DNA of 64,000 bases from Anaeramoeba ignava BMAN (lineage: Eukaryota; Protista; Anaeramoebae), in the NCBI GenBank assembly GCA_028826165.1, contig JAPDFW010000022.1:1-64000 (forward strand), written 5' to 3'. Below are positions 1-12,900 of this stretch, in pieces. The position numbers and the translations under genes are program-made. The notes beneath the pieces are model-generated. The model ran no database searches and was not told the DNA's origin. It worked only from the letters and a program-made list of their open reading frames with translations. Within the stretch, counting starts at the first letter, position 1, and every line of letters starts with the position of its first letter.

Positions 1-214
1 AAAATGTGATGAAATTTGTTTAATTTTGTTTTTCATTTTCATTTTCATTTTCATTTTCATTTTCATTTTCAAATTTAAATTGAATTGGTTTTATTTTTGG
101 TTTATTTTTGATAAGAATTGGATATAGATTTGAACCAAAAATAATTTCATTCATTTTCTTTTTATTTTTAATTATTAATTTTTTTGAAAGAAAAATGAAA
201 AATAAATTTTTAAT

Positions 215-2820
215 TCATTTTCGATTATTTTTAATCTGTAAAAGTAATTTTGTATTTTCATTAAGTTGATAATTTGGAGCATCAATTAATTCATTCAAAA
301 CAGATTTTTAACCCTTTTTCAATTCCGCGAAATATAAAAATTCAATCAAAGCATGAACAGTTTCAAACGAATTGCCACTATAATCATTAACTTGATTAGA
401 TTTATCTTCAGTTACAGATAAAAACATTCCTCGATATAAATCGGTTCTTGCCAGTAAAATGAATTTGTGAACTTTGATTGGTTTTCCTTGTACAAAAATT
501 GTGAAGTCTTTTGTGGAATCATCCTGATATATTTTTAAATCATTTGACAAGCTTTGACGATCATTTATTTTTCAAAATTATTCTTAATCTTCATTTGTCT
601 TAAAAATTGAAATTAAATCCTCCTTTTTGTTACTCCACTATAAACCCAATCAAAAATTCTGTTGCCTCTTCAATTATTTTTCGAGGAAAATATCTGTTTG
701 TATTTATCTATATCATCAATTTTCAATCTTGAGTTTACAAAATATTTATGAATTCCAAAAGAACCTCCTAATGTTGATATTGTGCAATCACATAACTCTT
801 GTCTTGTGAATAAATTTTGGAAATCTTGCGATAAACAAGTCCATGGAACCAAATTCTTTTTTGTGTTTGTTTTAAATTTCAATTTTTAAATTTTAATTTT
901 TGAATTTTATTTCTAAATTTTTATTCTTAAATTTTAATTCTTAAATTTCTATTCTTAAATTTTAATTCTTAAATTTTAATTCTTAAATTTTAATTCTTAA
1001 ATTTTAATTCTTAAATTTTAATTCTTAAATTTTAATTTTTAAATTTCAATTTTTAAATTTTAATTTCTGAATTTCTATTCCTAAATTTTAATTTCTAAAT
1101 TTTAATTTCTAAATTTTAATTCCTAAATTTTAATTTCTAAATTTTAATTTCTAAATTTTAATTTCTAAATTTTAATTCTTAAATTTTTATTTCTAAATTT
1201 TAATTCCTAAATTTTAATTCCTAAATTTTTATTATTAAATTTTAATTCTTAAATTTCAATTTCTAAATTTTAATTCTTAAATTTCTATTCTTAAATTTCT
1301 ATTCCTAAATTTTAATTTCTAAATTTTTATTATTAAATTTCTATTCCTGAATTTTAATTTCTAAATTTTAATTTTTAAATTTTAATTTCTGAATTTTAAT
1401 TTCTAAATTTTAATTCTTAAATTTCTATTCTTAAATTTTAATTTCTTACAGAAAGATCAAACATATAGAGCTTATGTGAAACTGTTCCTGCAATTAATCT
1501 GTTTTTTAATACAATCACACACCAATTATCTTTGTCTGTTTGAAATTTGGCAATGCATTTTTCAGTCTTTATTTTTGTTTTTGATTGAGATGAGAGAAAA
1601 AAGAAAATTCATTTAATTCAATTTTCTTCATCTTTAAAAATTTAAATCAAAAAAAAAATAAAATTTAATCATTCTTTTTCTACCTTAATATCAAAACAAA
1701 AAACAACCCCAGAATAACCAGCTGTGAATAATAAATCTTGGTCGGAATAACTTGAAATTATTGCTTTTTGGACTTCCTCAAATCTATCTTTCTTTTTTCC
1801 TGTCTGTTTTAATTGACAAAAGAAAAAGTTGTTTACAATTAGTAAAAAAATCAATAATAAAATTATAAACGAATACAAACTTCAAGATCCCATTTTTGAA
1901 TCGACCCATTTTTTCCACAAGAATAAATTACTGAATCTATTATTTCCATTGCCCAAATTCCCATGTCATTTGCTGAGAATACTCGAAGCGTTTGAAGAGT
2001 CTAGAATTGAAACTGATTTGGATTAATAATTGAATAATTTTTCAAGTTGCAAAAAAGATTTTTTGCTTTTTTTTTTTTTTTTTTTGAAATTTTTCCCATT
2101 TACATTTAAATCCCATTCTTTGATATCTCCGTGTTCATCTGAAGAATATAATCTGTCATTATATATTTTTAATCCCCAAATACTAAAAGTATTAAATTCT
2201 TTTTGAAGAGGATATAATCCACTTTTTCTTTGAATTAAAAATATTAAAACGGAAAAAAATAATTTTTAATTCAATTCAATAAAAATGAAATATTTACAAT
2301 TTCGAATTTTCTCAAGTATTTATCATCACCTCCAATAAGTAACCAAGATTTATAACCAATACCTGTGTATAAATAAGATGTTGATTCTGTTTTATAAGAC
2401 CAATTTAAATTTCCAGTCTTAAAAATAATAAAAAGCATAAAGATAAAAAAAATGTTCAAATTATTTCCTTTTCCAAATAAATTATAATTTTACTGATGTT
2501 TTGAAACAACGAATATCGGAACCAGTTGAATAAAGATCTCCTAAATGAATTGTTAAAGAAAAAACATAACTTGTTGTTTTTGCTTCCCAAATTTTTTCTA
2601 ATGAATCAGACTTCACAAAAAAATTTGTTTTTTGAATTTGATAAAAAGAAAAATATTTATTAAATAAATTTACAGTCATTTTGTGTTTCATAATTTGATT
2701 CCCAAATCCACCAGAATAAAGGAAATCATTTTCTACATATAAACAACGAACTTCAGAGTTATGTTCTGTGAAAATTTGTAAAGGTTGTGTTGTGCTTATT
2801 TCAGTTTCTTTTTTGCTCAT
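215..2820 (-). CDS. WD40-repeat (7 blades) + tandem BTB/POZ protein, multi-exon; 3' part has several apparent indels
   Basis: ATG at 2820 (MSKKETEI...). Seven ~120-150 nt exons with GT-AG introns each encode a WD-like blade (LYSGGFGNQIMKH, LYSSDEHGDIKEWDL, IYSCGKNGSIQKWDL). Then BTB motifs FTRQELCDCTI...FGIHK and DFTIFVQGKPIKVHKFILLARTDLYRGMFLSV. The end coordinate is approximate because of frameshifts. Confidence 0.75.
871..1448. repeat. Intronic ~14-bp AT tandem repeat (ttaaattttaattc variants)
   Basis: Visible tandem array filling the last intron of the WD40-BTB gene. Confidence 0.85.
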
Positions 2821-3059
2821 TTTAAAAAAAAATAAAAAAACGAAAAATGAATTTTTTACTTCAAATACCAATTTTTTATTTTGAATTTTTTACTTCAAAT
2901 ACCAATTTTCTTTTTGAATCAAATTTTCTTTTTAATTTTCTTTTTAATTTTAATTTTAATTTTAATTTTGATTTTATAAATGGATTTTAATTTTTATTTT
3001 AAATTTAATTTTAATTTTAATTTTAATTTTATAAATGAATTTTAATTTTAATTTTAATT

Positions 3060-4848
3060 TTAATTTTGATTTTGATTTTGATTTTGATTTTGAAATCTGT
3101 TAATTAATAAATCCAATAAATTTGGATTTGTTTGATTTAATTGAAAATAATCAATTCCTGTTTCAAGTTCATCAATTATTTCTTTTGTAATTTGAATTCC
3201 TTCTTTAATTTGATTTGAATAAATCCAATATTCTAATATTTGAAATGATTCATTACTCAATTCACTATAATCTGTAACTTTATTAGAAGTATCATCTGTT
3301 ACAGATAAAAACATTCCTCGATATAACTCACTTCTCATTATTAATATCAATTTAGGAAATTTATATTGTTTTTCTTTTCTTTCAATTATAAAATCTTTTT
3401 CATTTTCATTTTCATTTTCATTTAAATAAATTCTTTTCATTGTTTCTTCAATTTTTTCATTGGAATTTATAATTTCTTTAATTTCAGAATATAATTTTGG
3501 ATTTATTTTGGAATTATTTGAATAAATCATTTCAAATATTTGATTTGATTCTTGAATTGATTTTTGTGAAATAATTTGTTTAAGTTTTTCAATTTGATTT
3601 TCATTTTGATCTTTTTAATCTATATTTTAATATTAATTTATGAGCTTCAATTATTTCTCCATCTTGAGTTTTAAATGAAATATCACAAAATTCTTTTCTT
3701 TTACATAGTTTTATCAAATCTTCTTCAAGATTGGAAAAAGAAAGAGAATAGTAAAGAAATGAATTAGAATATCCACAACAAATACGATAATTAGAAATAT
3801 CTTCAAATGCCAAATAAGGAAGATCAATTTGAATTGGTATTGGTTGTGGAGCTGTATTCTCAAATCTCAATTGACCATAATCATTACTCCCGAAACCTAA
3901 CAATTTCTTATTAGTTGTTAAAATCAAAGTATGATATCTTCCAACAGAAATTTCAAGAATACTGTTATCATCAAATAAAGGTGATGTGATTTCAGTAAAT
4001 TTGCTTTCATGTTGTCTTTTATCAAGCCCATTATATGCATAATTTCCACATGAATAAAGTTTTCTTTTTGGATCTTCATTTTGATCTTCATTTTGATCCT
4101 CAATCAACATTATTGAATGAGAATATCCACATTGAATATCAATTATTTTGCCTTTTGGAATTTTTTTTTTCAATTTCGCAAATTTTTTCACTGATCTTGT
4201 TATTGTTGCTTCTTCTCCTAATCCAATTTGGCCTGCTGCGTTATTTCCAAAGCCAAATAATTCTTGATTTGAATTTAAAAGAAAAGCATGATCTGCAAAT
4301 TTTCCTGAAAACATTTTAGAAACATTTTTCATCATTAAAATTGGTTTTTCTGTGCTTTTGAACGAATCAAAACCAAGTTGACCATATAAATTATCACCAA
4401 TTCCATAAGCATTTCCTTTTGAATTGAGTAAATAAATTGATTGAGAGCTGCAAACAATATCTTGAATTATTCTACCATTTGGATCTTCAATTAATGATGA
4501 AATATTGATAAATTCATTTGGATTTTCTGGATTAATATCTTTTCCTTTTGCAAATACATTTCCTTCATAAGTTAAAATGGCTTGATTCCGATAACCAATT
4601 TCAACATCTTTAATATTAGAAAATTCAATTGTGGATGTTTCAGTTGATCTTCTTTCTTCAATTACTTCTCCATCTTCAAAAAGGAAAATTGTTGAAAAAT
4701 AACCTGTTGAAATTTTTTTAATTTTTCTTTCAATTTCGTTTCCATCTTTATCAACAAAATTAATGTGAATTGGTTTGAAAATTATTTTCGGTTCATTTTT
4801 TAAAAGAGTTGAAAGATGATTTTGTCCAAAAAATAAAATTTCATTCAT
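3060..4848 (-). CDS. RCC1-repeat + tandem BTB protein (one gene, frameshift near 3610)
   Basis: RCC1 motifs GDNLYGQLG, GNNAAGQIG, IQCGYSHS, GSNDYGQL; BTB motifs FCDISF...IEAHKLIL and LILIMRSELYRGMFLSV. Removing one A from 'ttaaaaagatc' joins ORFs 3601-4848 and 3060-3530 (RLKDQNENQIEKLKQII...FEMIYS). Confidence 0.85.
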
Positions 4849-4929
4849 TTTAATTTTTTTAAAATAAAAATAAAAAAAGAAAAAATGATTTTTATTTTTT
4901 TCATTTTTTTTCCATTTTTTAACTTTTTA

Positions 4930-7900
4930 ATGTCTATTGAATTTTCTGATAAAGATTTCGATTTTCTTCTTGGGAATGTAAATCATTCTTTTTTTTAAAA
5001 TCATTCTCTTGTTTTATTTTTCAAATTAATTCAAAAAAAAAATTTTTTTTTTATAATAATTTTGCTTTTCAAATTTCAATCAGAATTCAAACAAAACCAA
5101 TGAAACACAAGAAAAAGAAACAAAACAAGTTCCAAAAGTTTCCAAACAAATGGATTTATTAGGAATTGATGATTTTTTAATATTTGAACAACCTAAAAAA
5201 GAAGAAACACCAAAACAAGAAGAAAAAACAAAAACAAAACAAAAACAAAAAAAACCAAAAAAATCAACACAATTAATTGATATTGATCTTGGATTTGATT
5301 TTGGCGATTCGAATTCTAAAAAAGAACAAAAAGAAAAAGAACAAGAAAAAGAATTAGAATTAGAAAAAGAAAAAGAAAAACAGAAACAAAAAGAAAAAGA
5401 AAAACAAAAAAAAAAAAAGAAAAAGAAAAAGAAAAACAAAAACAAAAACAAAAACAGAAACAAAAACAAAAAGAAAAAGAATTAGAATTAGAAAAACAAA
5501 AAGAATTAGAATTACAAAAACAAAAAGAAAAAACAAAAACAAAAACAAAAACAAAAACAAAAACAAAAACAACAGAAACAAAAAGAAAAAGAAAAAGAAC
5601 AAGAATTAGAAAAACAAAAAGAAAAAGAATTAGAATTACAAAAACAAAAAGAATTAGAATTAGAATTACAAAAACAAAAAGAATTAGAATTACAAAAACA
5701 AAAACAAAAACAAAAAAAAAAACCAAAACCAATTCCAAAACCAATTCCTAAACAAAAAGTAATAAACAAAAAAATTCCTTCTGAAACTTCTTCTGAAACT
5801 TCTTCTGAAACAGATACTGAAACAGAAACTGAAACAGATACTGATACTTATACATCAGAAACAAATAGTGGAACTTACACTTATACATCCGAAATTGATA
5901 GTTCAGAAATTGAAATTTTAGATACAGAAAAATATACTAAAACAAAAAAGAAAGTTGAATCAAAAAAGAAAGTTGAATCAAAAAAGAAAGTTGAATCAAA
6001 AAATAAAGTTGAATCAAAAGATAAAATTGAATCAAAAAATAAAATTGAATCAAAAGATAAAATTGAATCAAAAATAAAATTGAATCAAAAAAGAAAACTG
6101 AATCAAAAAATAAAGATGAAGCAATATTAGAAAATCAAGAAAAACAACATCAACATAGTAAATCAAAATCAAAACAAATTGACAAGGATAAAAATGAAAC
6201 TCAAGAAAAACCACATCGAAAGCATACATCTCATCACAAAAATGAAAAAGAAAAAGAATCAACTCAAAAAAAATCAAAAGAAGCACCAAAAGAAGAATTA
6301 AAAGAAGAATCAAAAGAAGAATTAAAAGAAGAATTAAAAGAAGCACCAAAAGAAGAAAAAAAATCCAGTTTCAAAACAAAATTTGCAAAGTTTAAAAAAA
6401 AATCATTTGGATTATTCAAAAATCTTGGGAAAAAGAAAAAAGACCAAAAAAATAATATAAATGAAACCAAGAAAGAGACTGAGAAAGAAGTAATAGAAAA
6501 AAAAGATACAAAAAAGAGAGAAAAAAATCACGTTGAAAAACCAATTGAAAAAAATGAACCACAAAAGAAATTAACATTAGAACAAGAAACATCACTGAAA
6601 AAAGTAATGGAGCAAAGTAAAACAATTTCAGTTCCACGAAGGGCAAGAGGGATCAAAGGAAGAAGACGACCAAGCAAGAAAAAACTCGAAAATATTCAGA
6701 CAATCCAAATTACACAAGATGCAAAAAAGGAAATAAACACAAGTAATGATCAAACAAAGCAACACCAAAAATCACGAATACCAAAAGAAAACTACCGAAA
6801 TCAAACAGGAAACAAAGAGGAAAAAAAAGCAGAAAACCTACTTGTATCACAATCTATAATTCCCCCTGAAAAAATTCCAAGTCCGTTTACTCAAATACAT
6901 GTTTCTCTTCCTCAACTTGTTGGAACTGGACGCAAAAAATCGGTTTCATTCGAAGTATCTTTTTCAGCAAATCTCTCGGAATCACAAATAATGATCAACC
7001 GCAAATTTGAGGACTTTTTATGGCTCAGAAAATCTCTAACCGAAGAAGTACCTAATTTTATCATCCCAGTTCCTGTTGAAAAATCAATGATCAAAAAAAT
7101 GGATCCTGAATCAAGCGAAATCCTCCGAAGAGCGCTGGAAAGGTTTTTGTTGCGGATCTCTTATCATCCTGTGCTCGGAAACAGCGCGTCATTTCATCTC
7201 TTCTTCGAAACAGATGATTCCTCTGTTTTGCAGAAAACTGGATTTAAAAAGGGAAACCCAACTCAAGGAAAATTCACTGCAAATATCAACGAGATTATTC
7301 AAACACAAACTCTTTTTGATGAGGATTATTTGAATATCAAAACTCAAGAACTGAACATTCTCGAGAAAAACGCGCAAATTTTATCAAGAACAATTTCGCA
7401 ACAAGTCGCGCTTGATTCTGAAAATTCTCAGGCTTATTCCGAAATCCAAGACGCCGTTAAAAATGTCATTTGCAAAATCGTTCCGAATCAACAATTAGAT
7501 CACTATTGGGATTCCTTTATCACAACCTCAAATCACATTTCTCAGTTTTTTCTTGCTCAACACAAATTAGAAAAAACAAATTTGGAACAACCAATTGAGG
7601 AAATTTTTCAGCAAATTTCAGGTTGTAAATCCGCAATTAATCACTTCCAAAAATCCCAATCTTCGCTCCAAAAGACAAAAAAAGATTTCGAAAGCAAAAA
7701 ACAGAAGTTGGAAAAAATTTCACAACAAGGAATTCCTAGTAAGGAAGAAAAAGCAAAACAAGATCTTTTTTCTTCTCAAAAAAAACTCGAATCTGAAGAA
7801 GAAGAATTTAAAAAGTCAATCAAAATTCTTTCTTCTGAATTCCAAAGATTTAAAACTCAAACTACTTCAAATTATAAAAACATTCTTCTTTCATTTGCTA

Positions 7901-7995
7901 TTTCGCAAATGAGATTTCAACAGTCAGTTTTTAAACAATGGGAATCTTTCGTTTCATCAGTTCAAGAATCACCAAATCCAGAAACAAAGAAATAA
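4930..7995 (+). CDS. PX-BAR sorting nexin with long K/E/Q/T-rich low-complexity N-terminus
   Basis: ATG 4930, GT-AG intron ~4978-5083. PX motifs RKFEDFLWLRKSL, IIPVPVEK, RRALERFLLRISYHPVL; C-terminal helical BAR-like region. The low-complexity part has frame breaks in A-runs. Confidence 0.8.
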
Positions 7996-8104
7996 TTTAT
8001 TCGAAAAAGATTTCGAAACAAACATTTAACAAAATTTCGTTCAAAAAAATTTACAAAAAGAATTGATTTCCAGTTTTTATATTTTTTTTTTAATTTGAAT
8101 AAAT

Positions 8105-8185
8105 TTTTCAATTTTTCATTTTTTCATTTTTTCATTTTTTCATTTTTCATTTTTTCATTTTTTCATTTTTCATTTTTTTCATTTT
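8105..8185 (+). promoter_or_regulatory. Tandem TCATTTTT initiator-like motifs upstream of nitrilase gene
   Basis: About 8 copies of (t)tcattttt immediately 5' of ATG 8201; the same motif precedes most genes in sense orientation. Confidence 0.5.
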
Positions 8186-8200
8186 GAATAAATTCTCCAA

Positions 8201-9754
8201 ATGCTTCTTCAAAAAACAAATTTTTCCAAAAAATTCACATCTTTTACAAAGAATTTTATCCGTTTTACATCACAAAAATTTACACCATTTAAAATTGCAG
8301 TTTGTCAATTAAAAATTTCACATGAAAAAAAAGAAAACTTCAACAAAATCAAAAAAGCTGTTGAAGAAAGCAAGAAAAACGGGGCCGATATAACTGTTTT
8401 TGGGGAATCATGCACATGTCCTTTTTCAAGAGGTTCATGGTTAAAAAACGCAGAAGAAATACCAAGAGGAGAAACAACGGAATTTTTCTCAAACTTGGCT
8501 AAGCAAAACAATATAAGCATTATAAGTGGAACATTTCCCGAAAAGGAAGATGAGAAAAAGGTTTACAACACATGCTGTGTGTTTGATGATAACGGCAAAT
8601 TAATTGCAAAGCACAGAAAGCTTCATTTATTCGATGTGGACGTTAAGCAATTTCGTTATCATGAATCAGATCTAATATTGCCAGGTCAAAATCTCACAAT
8701 TGCAAACACTCAAAAATTCGGTAAAATTGGCATCGGTATTTGTTATGATCTCCGTTTCCCTCAGATTGCCCAGATTTATGCACAGCATCAATGCAAACTT
8801 ATTGTTTATCCTTCAAGTTGGATGCGCCCTACTTCAAAACACTGGGATTTGCTTCTTAAAGTTCGTGCAATTGATACTCAATGTTTTATTGTTGGTGCTT
8901 CTCCTGCTCGTGATGAAAAAGCAAAGTTTGTTTGTCATGCTCATTCTCAAGTTGTAGATCCTTGGGGTCTTGTTCTTTTAGAACTTGATGAAAAAGAAGG
9001 AATTGGTTATGCTAAAATTGGTGCATAATTACAATTACAATTCATTTATAAATTTAAAATTCATTTACAAAATTAAAATTCATTTATAAATTTAAAATTC
9101 ATTTATAAATTAAAATTCATTTATAAAATTAAAATCAAAATTAAAATTAAAATTCATTTATAAAATTAAAATTAAAATTAAAATTAAAATTAAAATTAAA
9201 ATTAAAATTAAAATTAAAATTAAAATTAAAATTAAAATTAAAATTAAAATTAAAATTAAAAATTAAAATTAAAATTAAAATTAAAATTAAAATTAAAATT
9301 AAAATTAAAATTCATTTATAAAATTAAAATTAAAATTAAAATTAAAATTAAAATTAAAATTAAATTTAAAATTAAAATTAAAATTAAAATTAAAATTAAA
9401 ATTAAAATTAAAATTAAAATTAAAATTAAAATTAAAATTAAAATTAAAATTAATTTATAAAATTAAAATTAAAATTAAAATTAAAATCAAAATTAAAATT
9501 AAATTTAAAATTAAAATTAAAATCAAAATTAAAATTAAAATTCATTTACAAAATTAAAATTAAAATTAAAATAAAAATTAAAATTAAAATTAAAATTAAA
9601 ATTAAAATTAAAATTAAAATTAAAATTTAAATTAAAATTAAATTTAAAATTAGATTATAATTATCTTGAAGAAATTCGTCAAAAAATTCCAGTTCTTAAT
9701 CAAAAACGTGATGATGTTTACTGTTTAGAAGATCTTTCAAAAAAACAAAAATGA
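8201..9754 (+). CDS. NIT2: Carbon-nitrogen hydrolase, omega-amidase (NIT2/Nit3-like), with likely mitochondrion-related-organelle presequence
   Basis: Catalytic triad E (VFGE), K (HRKLHLFD), C (GICYDLRFP); HW-LL-RA-D motif. Intron 9021-9653 (gt...ag) gives the C-terminus DYNYLEEIRQKIPVLNQKRDDVY. N-terminus MLLQKTNFSKKFTSFTKNFIRF is basic and acid-free. Confidence 0.85.
9030..9650. repeat. Intronic (TAAAAT)n microsatellite
   Basis: About 600 bp of near-perfect hexamer repeat inside the NIT2 intron. Confidence 0.9.
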
Positions 9755-9965
9755 AAATATTCTTATTATTAAATCGTTTTTTAATGTTAAAATTTTAGAA
9801 AATTAATGAAAAAGTGAAAAAAAAAAAATTAATCTTTCCTTTTTTTTAAAAAAAAAAATTAATCAATTCACAAAAAGAAAACTTTGTTTCATTCTTAAAA
9901 AAAAAAAACAAAGTAATTTAGAAGAGAAAACTAAAGATCTTCTTTAAAAAAAAAAGAGAAAATTT

Positions 9966-12900
9966 TTAAACGTTCCATTTTTGAATTTTGATTTTTGGAT
10001 TTTTAGAAAGAATTTGTTCTTGAATAAAATTAAACACACAAACAGGACATGCAAATTGAAATTTTTGATTTGAAAAACAATCTAATATAAGTTTTGTTGT
10101 GTAATTTAAAGAAAAAGGAAAATCTGTTATTCTTTCATAAAATTCTTTGAGTAAAGTTGAATAAAAAGATGATTTTGGATAAGAATGTTCACAATTAAAC
10201 ATAATTAATTGATTATCATTTCGGATATTTTCTTTTTCTTGTTTCTTTATTTCCATTAAATTTTCTGGATCAAAATGTGCCAAACAAATCAATTTTAAAA
10301 ATAACTCATTCTGTTCCATTAGAAATGAGATAAATGAACGAGATTCTTTTTTTTCCACATTGGAAGATATATTAACTTCAATTTTATTTAATATATCCTT
10401 AATTTCACTGTTATTTTTGGTGTTTTCTTGTTTGTAATTATCCAATATTCTAAGCATCTTTTGTTTCAAAACAAAAATTAGAAAATTTGAAGAAAATGAA
10501 GACATTACTTGTTTTGATTCAATATCCAAATAATCCATCATTTTTGAGTTTTTTTCAAGTATAAATTTCTCAATTTCCTCAAATGGAAATCCCATCTTCT
10601 TCCAAAATAAAAGAGTTTTGGATATTAAATTTGTGATTATTTTGGATCTGGTTTTTTCATTAATCTTTGATTTTTCTGGATCTAACACAGAATTAATAAG
10701 ATTAAAAATTTGAGATAATAATTTATCATAAGCAATCGCATTAATCTCATTTTTTAACAGTTCATTTTCAAATCCCAAAAATATAAATTGTAAAGCAAGA
10801 TTATAATTTCCATTTTGGTGATGTATTAGCGATAACAAATCATGATTATTTGTATCAATGCATCTTTGAATTATAATCGATGTTCTATAAATTCCAAAAT
10901 AATCTCGAAGAGTATTTTTTAAAAGATTTTGAATTTTTTGTTGTTCTTGATTTTGATTGTTTTGTTGTGAAATTCGATATTTATTCAATAAAAGAAGAAG
11001 ACAAGAAATATAAATTTCCAAAGTCTTCATTTCATATACATATTGTTTAAAATCTTCTGTATTTTTATTTGGAATTATATCTTTTTTGACAAGCAATAAT
11101 TCGCGAATTTTTTCTGTAGGTTGAATTTTCCTTATGCATACACTTAGAATTTTTTTACTTGCAAAAGGAAGTTTTTCAGTCAATAGTAAATAATTTATAT
11201 CAATTGCCTTTTTTCCTGCATTTATAATCAATTCAATTTGTTTATTAATTTTGAGAAAAGAAAGCAAATATCCATTCCGGAAATTAACAAGAGAATTTCC
11301 ATATCCATTTGAAATGAGAATATTGATATCTTTTGAACTAAGAAACAAATTACTTGAGTCAATAAATTGTTGAAGAGCCGATTCAACACTTTCTCTTGCA
11401 ATCGCTACTATAAAAAATTCTCTCTTTAGTCCATACATAAGAAGTAATCCCAATGCACGATTAAGATTATAAAATTTGTTTGTTGATAAAAAAAACTCAA
11501 ATTCATGATTTTGATTTAAATTTTGATTTGAATTTGATTTTGAATTTGATTTTGAATTTGATTTTATATTTAATTTTGAATTTGAATTTAATTTTGAATT
11601 TGAATTTAATTTGATTTTGAATTTAATTTTGAATTTGAATTTGATTTTGAATTTGAATTTGAATTTGAATTTGAATTTGAATTTGAATTTGATTTTGATT
11701 TTGAATTTGATTTTGAATTTGATTTTGATTTTGAATTTGATTTTGAATTTGATTTTGATTTTGATTTTGATTTTGAATTTGATTTTATATTTATATTTGA
11801 ATTTGAATTTGATCTCCATTTAAGACATTGTTGAAGATGGCACATTAGTAAAAGATCTGACATAGCTCTTACAAAATCAGGATGCAATTTCTCAGGAAAT
11901 TCAAGCGCATTTTTCAAATGAAAAATTGCAACATCCATTCTTTTGACTTGTGGAAACTGGTGTACAATTTTAGTAGTCTTAACATTTGACAAACAATAAA
12001 GTTGATTAGCTTGATCAAAATTTCCAGCTTCAAAGTGTTTATCAGCAGCTTTTTCATACAAAGACAAAATATCCAATCCAAAAGTTTTCCCCAAAGTATC
12101 TGCTTCTGTATAAAATTCTTTCTCAATTAGACGATTGAAAACCTCCTCGGGATGATATTTGGGAACTAATTCGTAAACGGACTCATTTGTCCAAATATAA
12201 CAAATAGAAGGTGATGGAAGATTTTTTCTTAGAATTCCACATATTGTTTCACTATCGCCCAATTTAAATCGTTGGACAATAGGCTCGCATATTTTTTTTG
12301 TGCACATTTTGGGAGATCTATTTGTGGAAGAAATGGAAAGAAATTTTGAAATCACGTCAATTTGATTGAATGTTCTTTTTTGTTCATTTCTTGAAGAAGT
12401 AATAAAAAATTATCAGTCAAAACTAAATGCATTGCAATTGAAGCAATATCATAAGTAAATAGTGGGTTCGTTGGAAATTCTGGTTCATAAATCTCCAGTT
12501 TGGAATCTTTAGGATCATAAATACTAAGAAATTTTCTATTTTCTGAGTATTGAACAGAAATTCTTGATCCTTGTGAAATCTTATTTGTTTTCATTAGAGC
12601 AAGTGGTGGTGTTCCATAGTGTGTTATTACTGAACGATAATGGTTATTCTCATCAAAATCTTCAAGTACCAATCGATTTATCTTTCCTTGATAAGTTGTT
12701 ATTATCAAAAAACTTCGATCTTCACAACTTATCAATTTCATTTCCTTGATTGGATCTTGGATTTGAATCAAATTATCATTTAATGATGAGAGGTCAAGAA
12801 AATAGATGTTTCCTTTTGTTGTTGATAATATTGCATAGTCATTTATTTCTTGATCTTCATTTTTATTTTTATTATTTTTATTATTTTGATTTTTTTTATT

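Noticed and set aside
2200-2220. Other ATATCC/TATCCT matches as U12 donors (e.g. ~2215, ~17655, 44331, 54421)
   Set aside because: They fall within continuous coding sequence or on the non-coding strand of the gene
5080-6646. Minus-strand F/C/L/S-rich ORFs
   Set aside because: Antisense shadows of the K/E/Q-rich low-complexity region of the sorting nexin
9030-9650. (TAAAAT)n or (TTTTGA)n as telomeric repeats
   Set aside because: Internal, on either strand, within introns or exons, and without G-rich strand character
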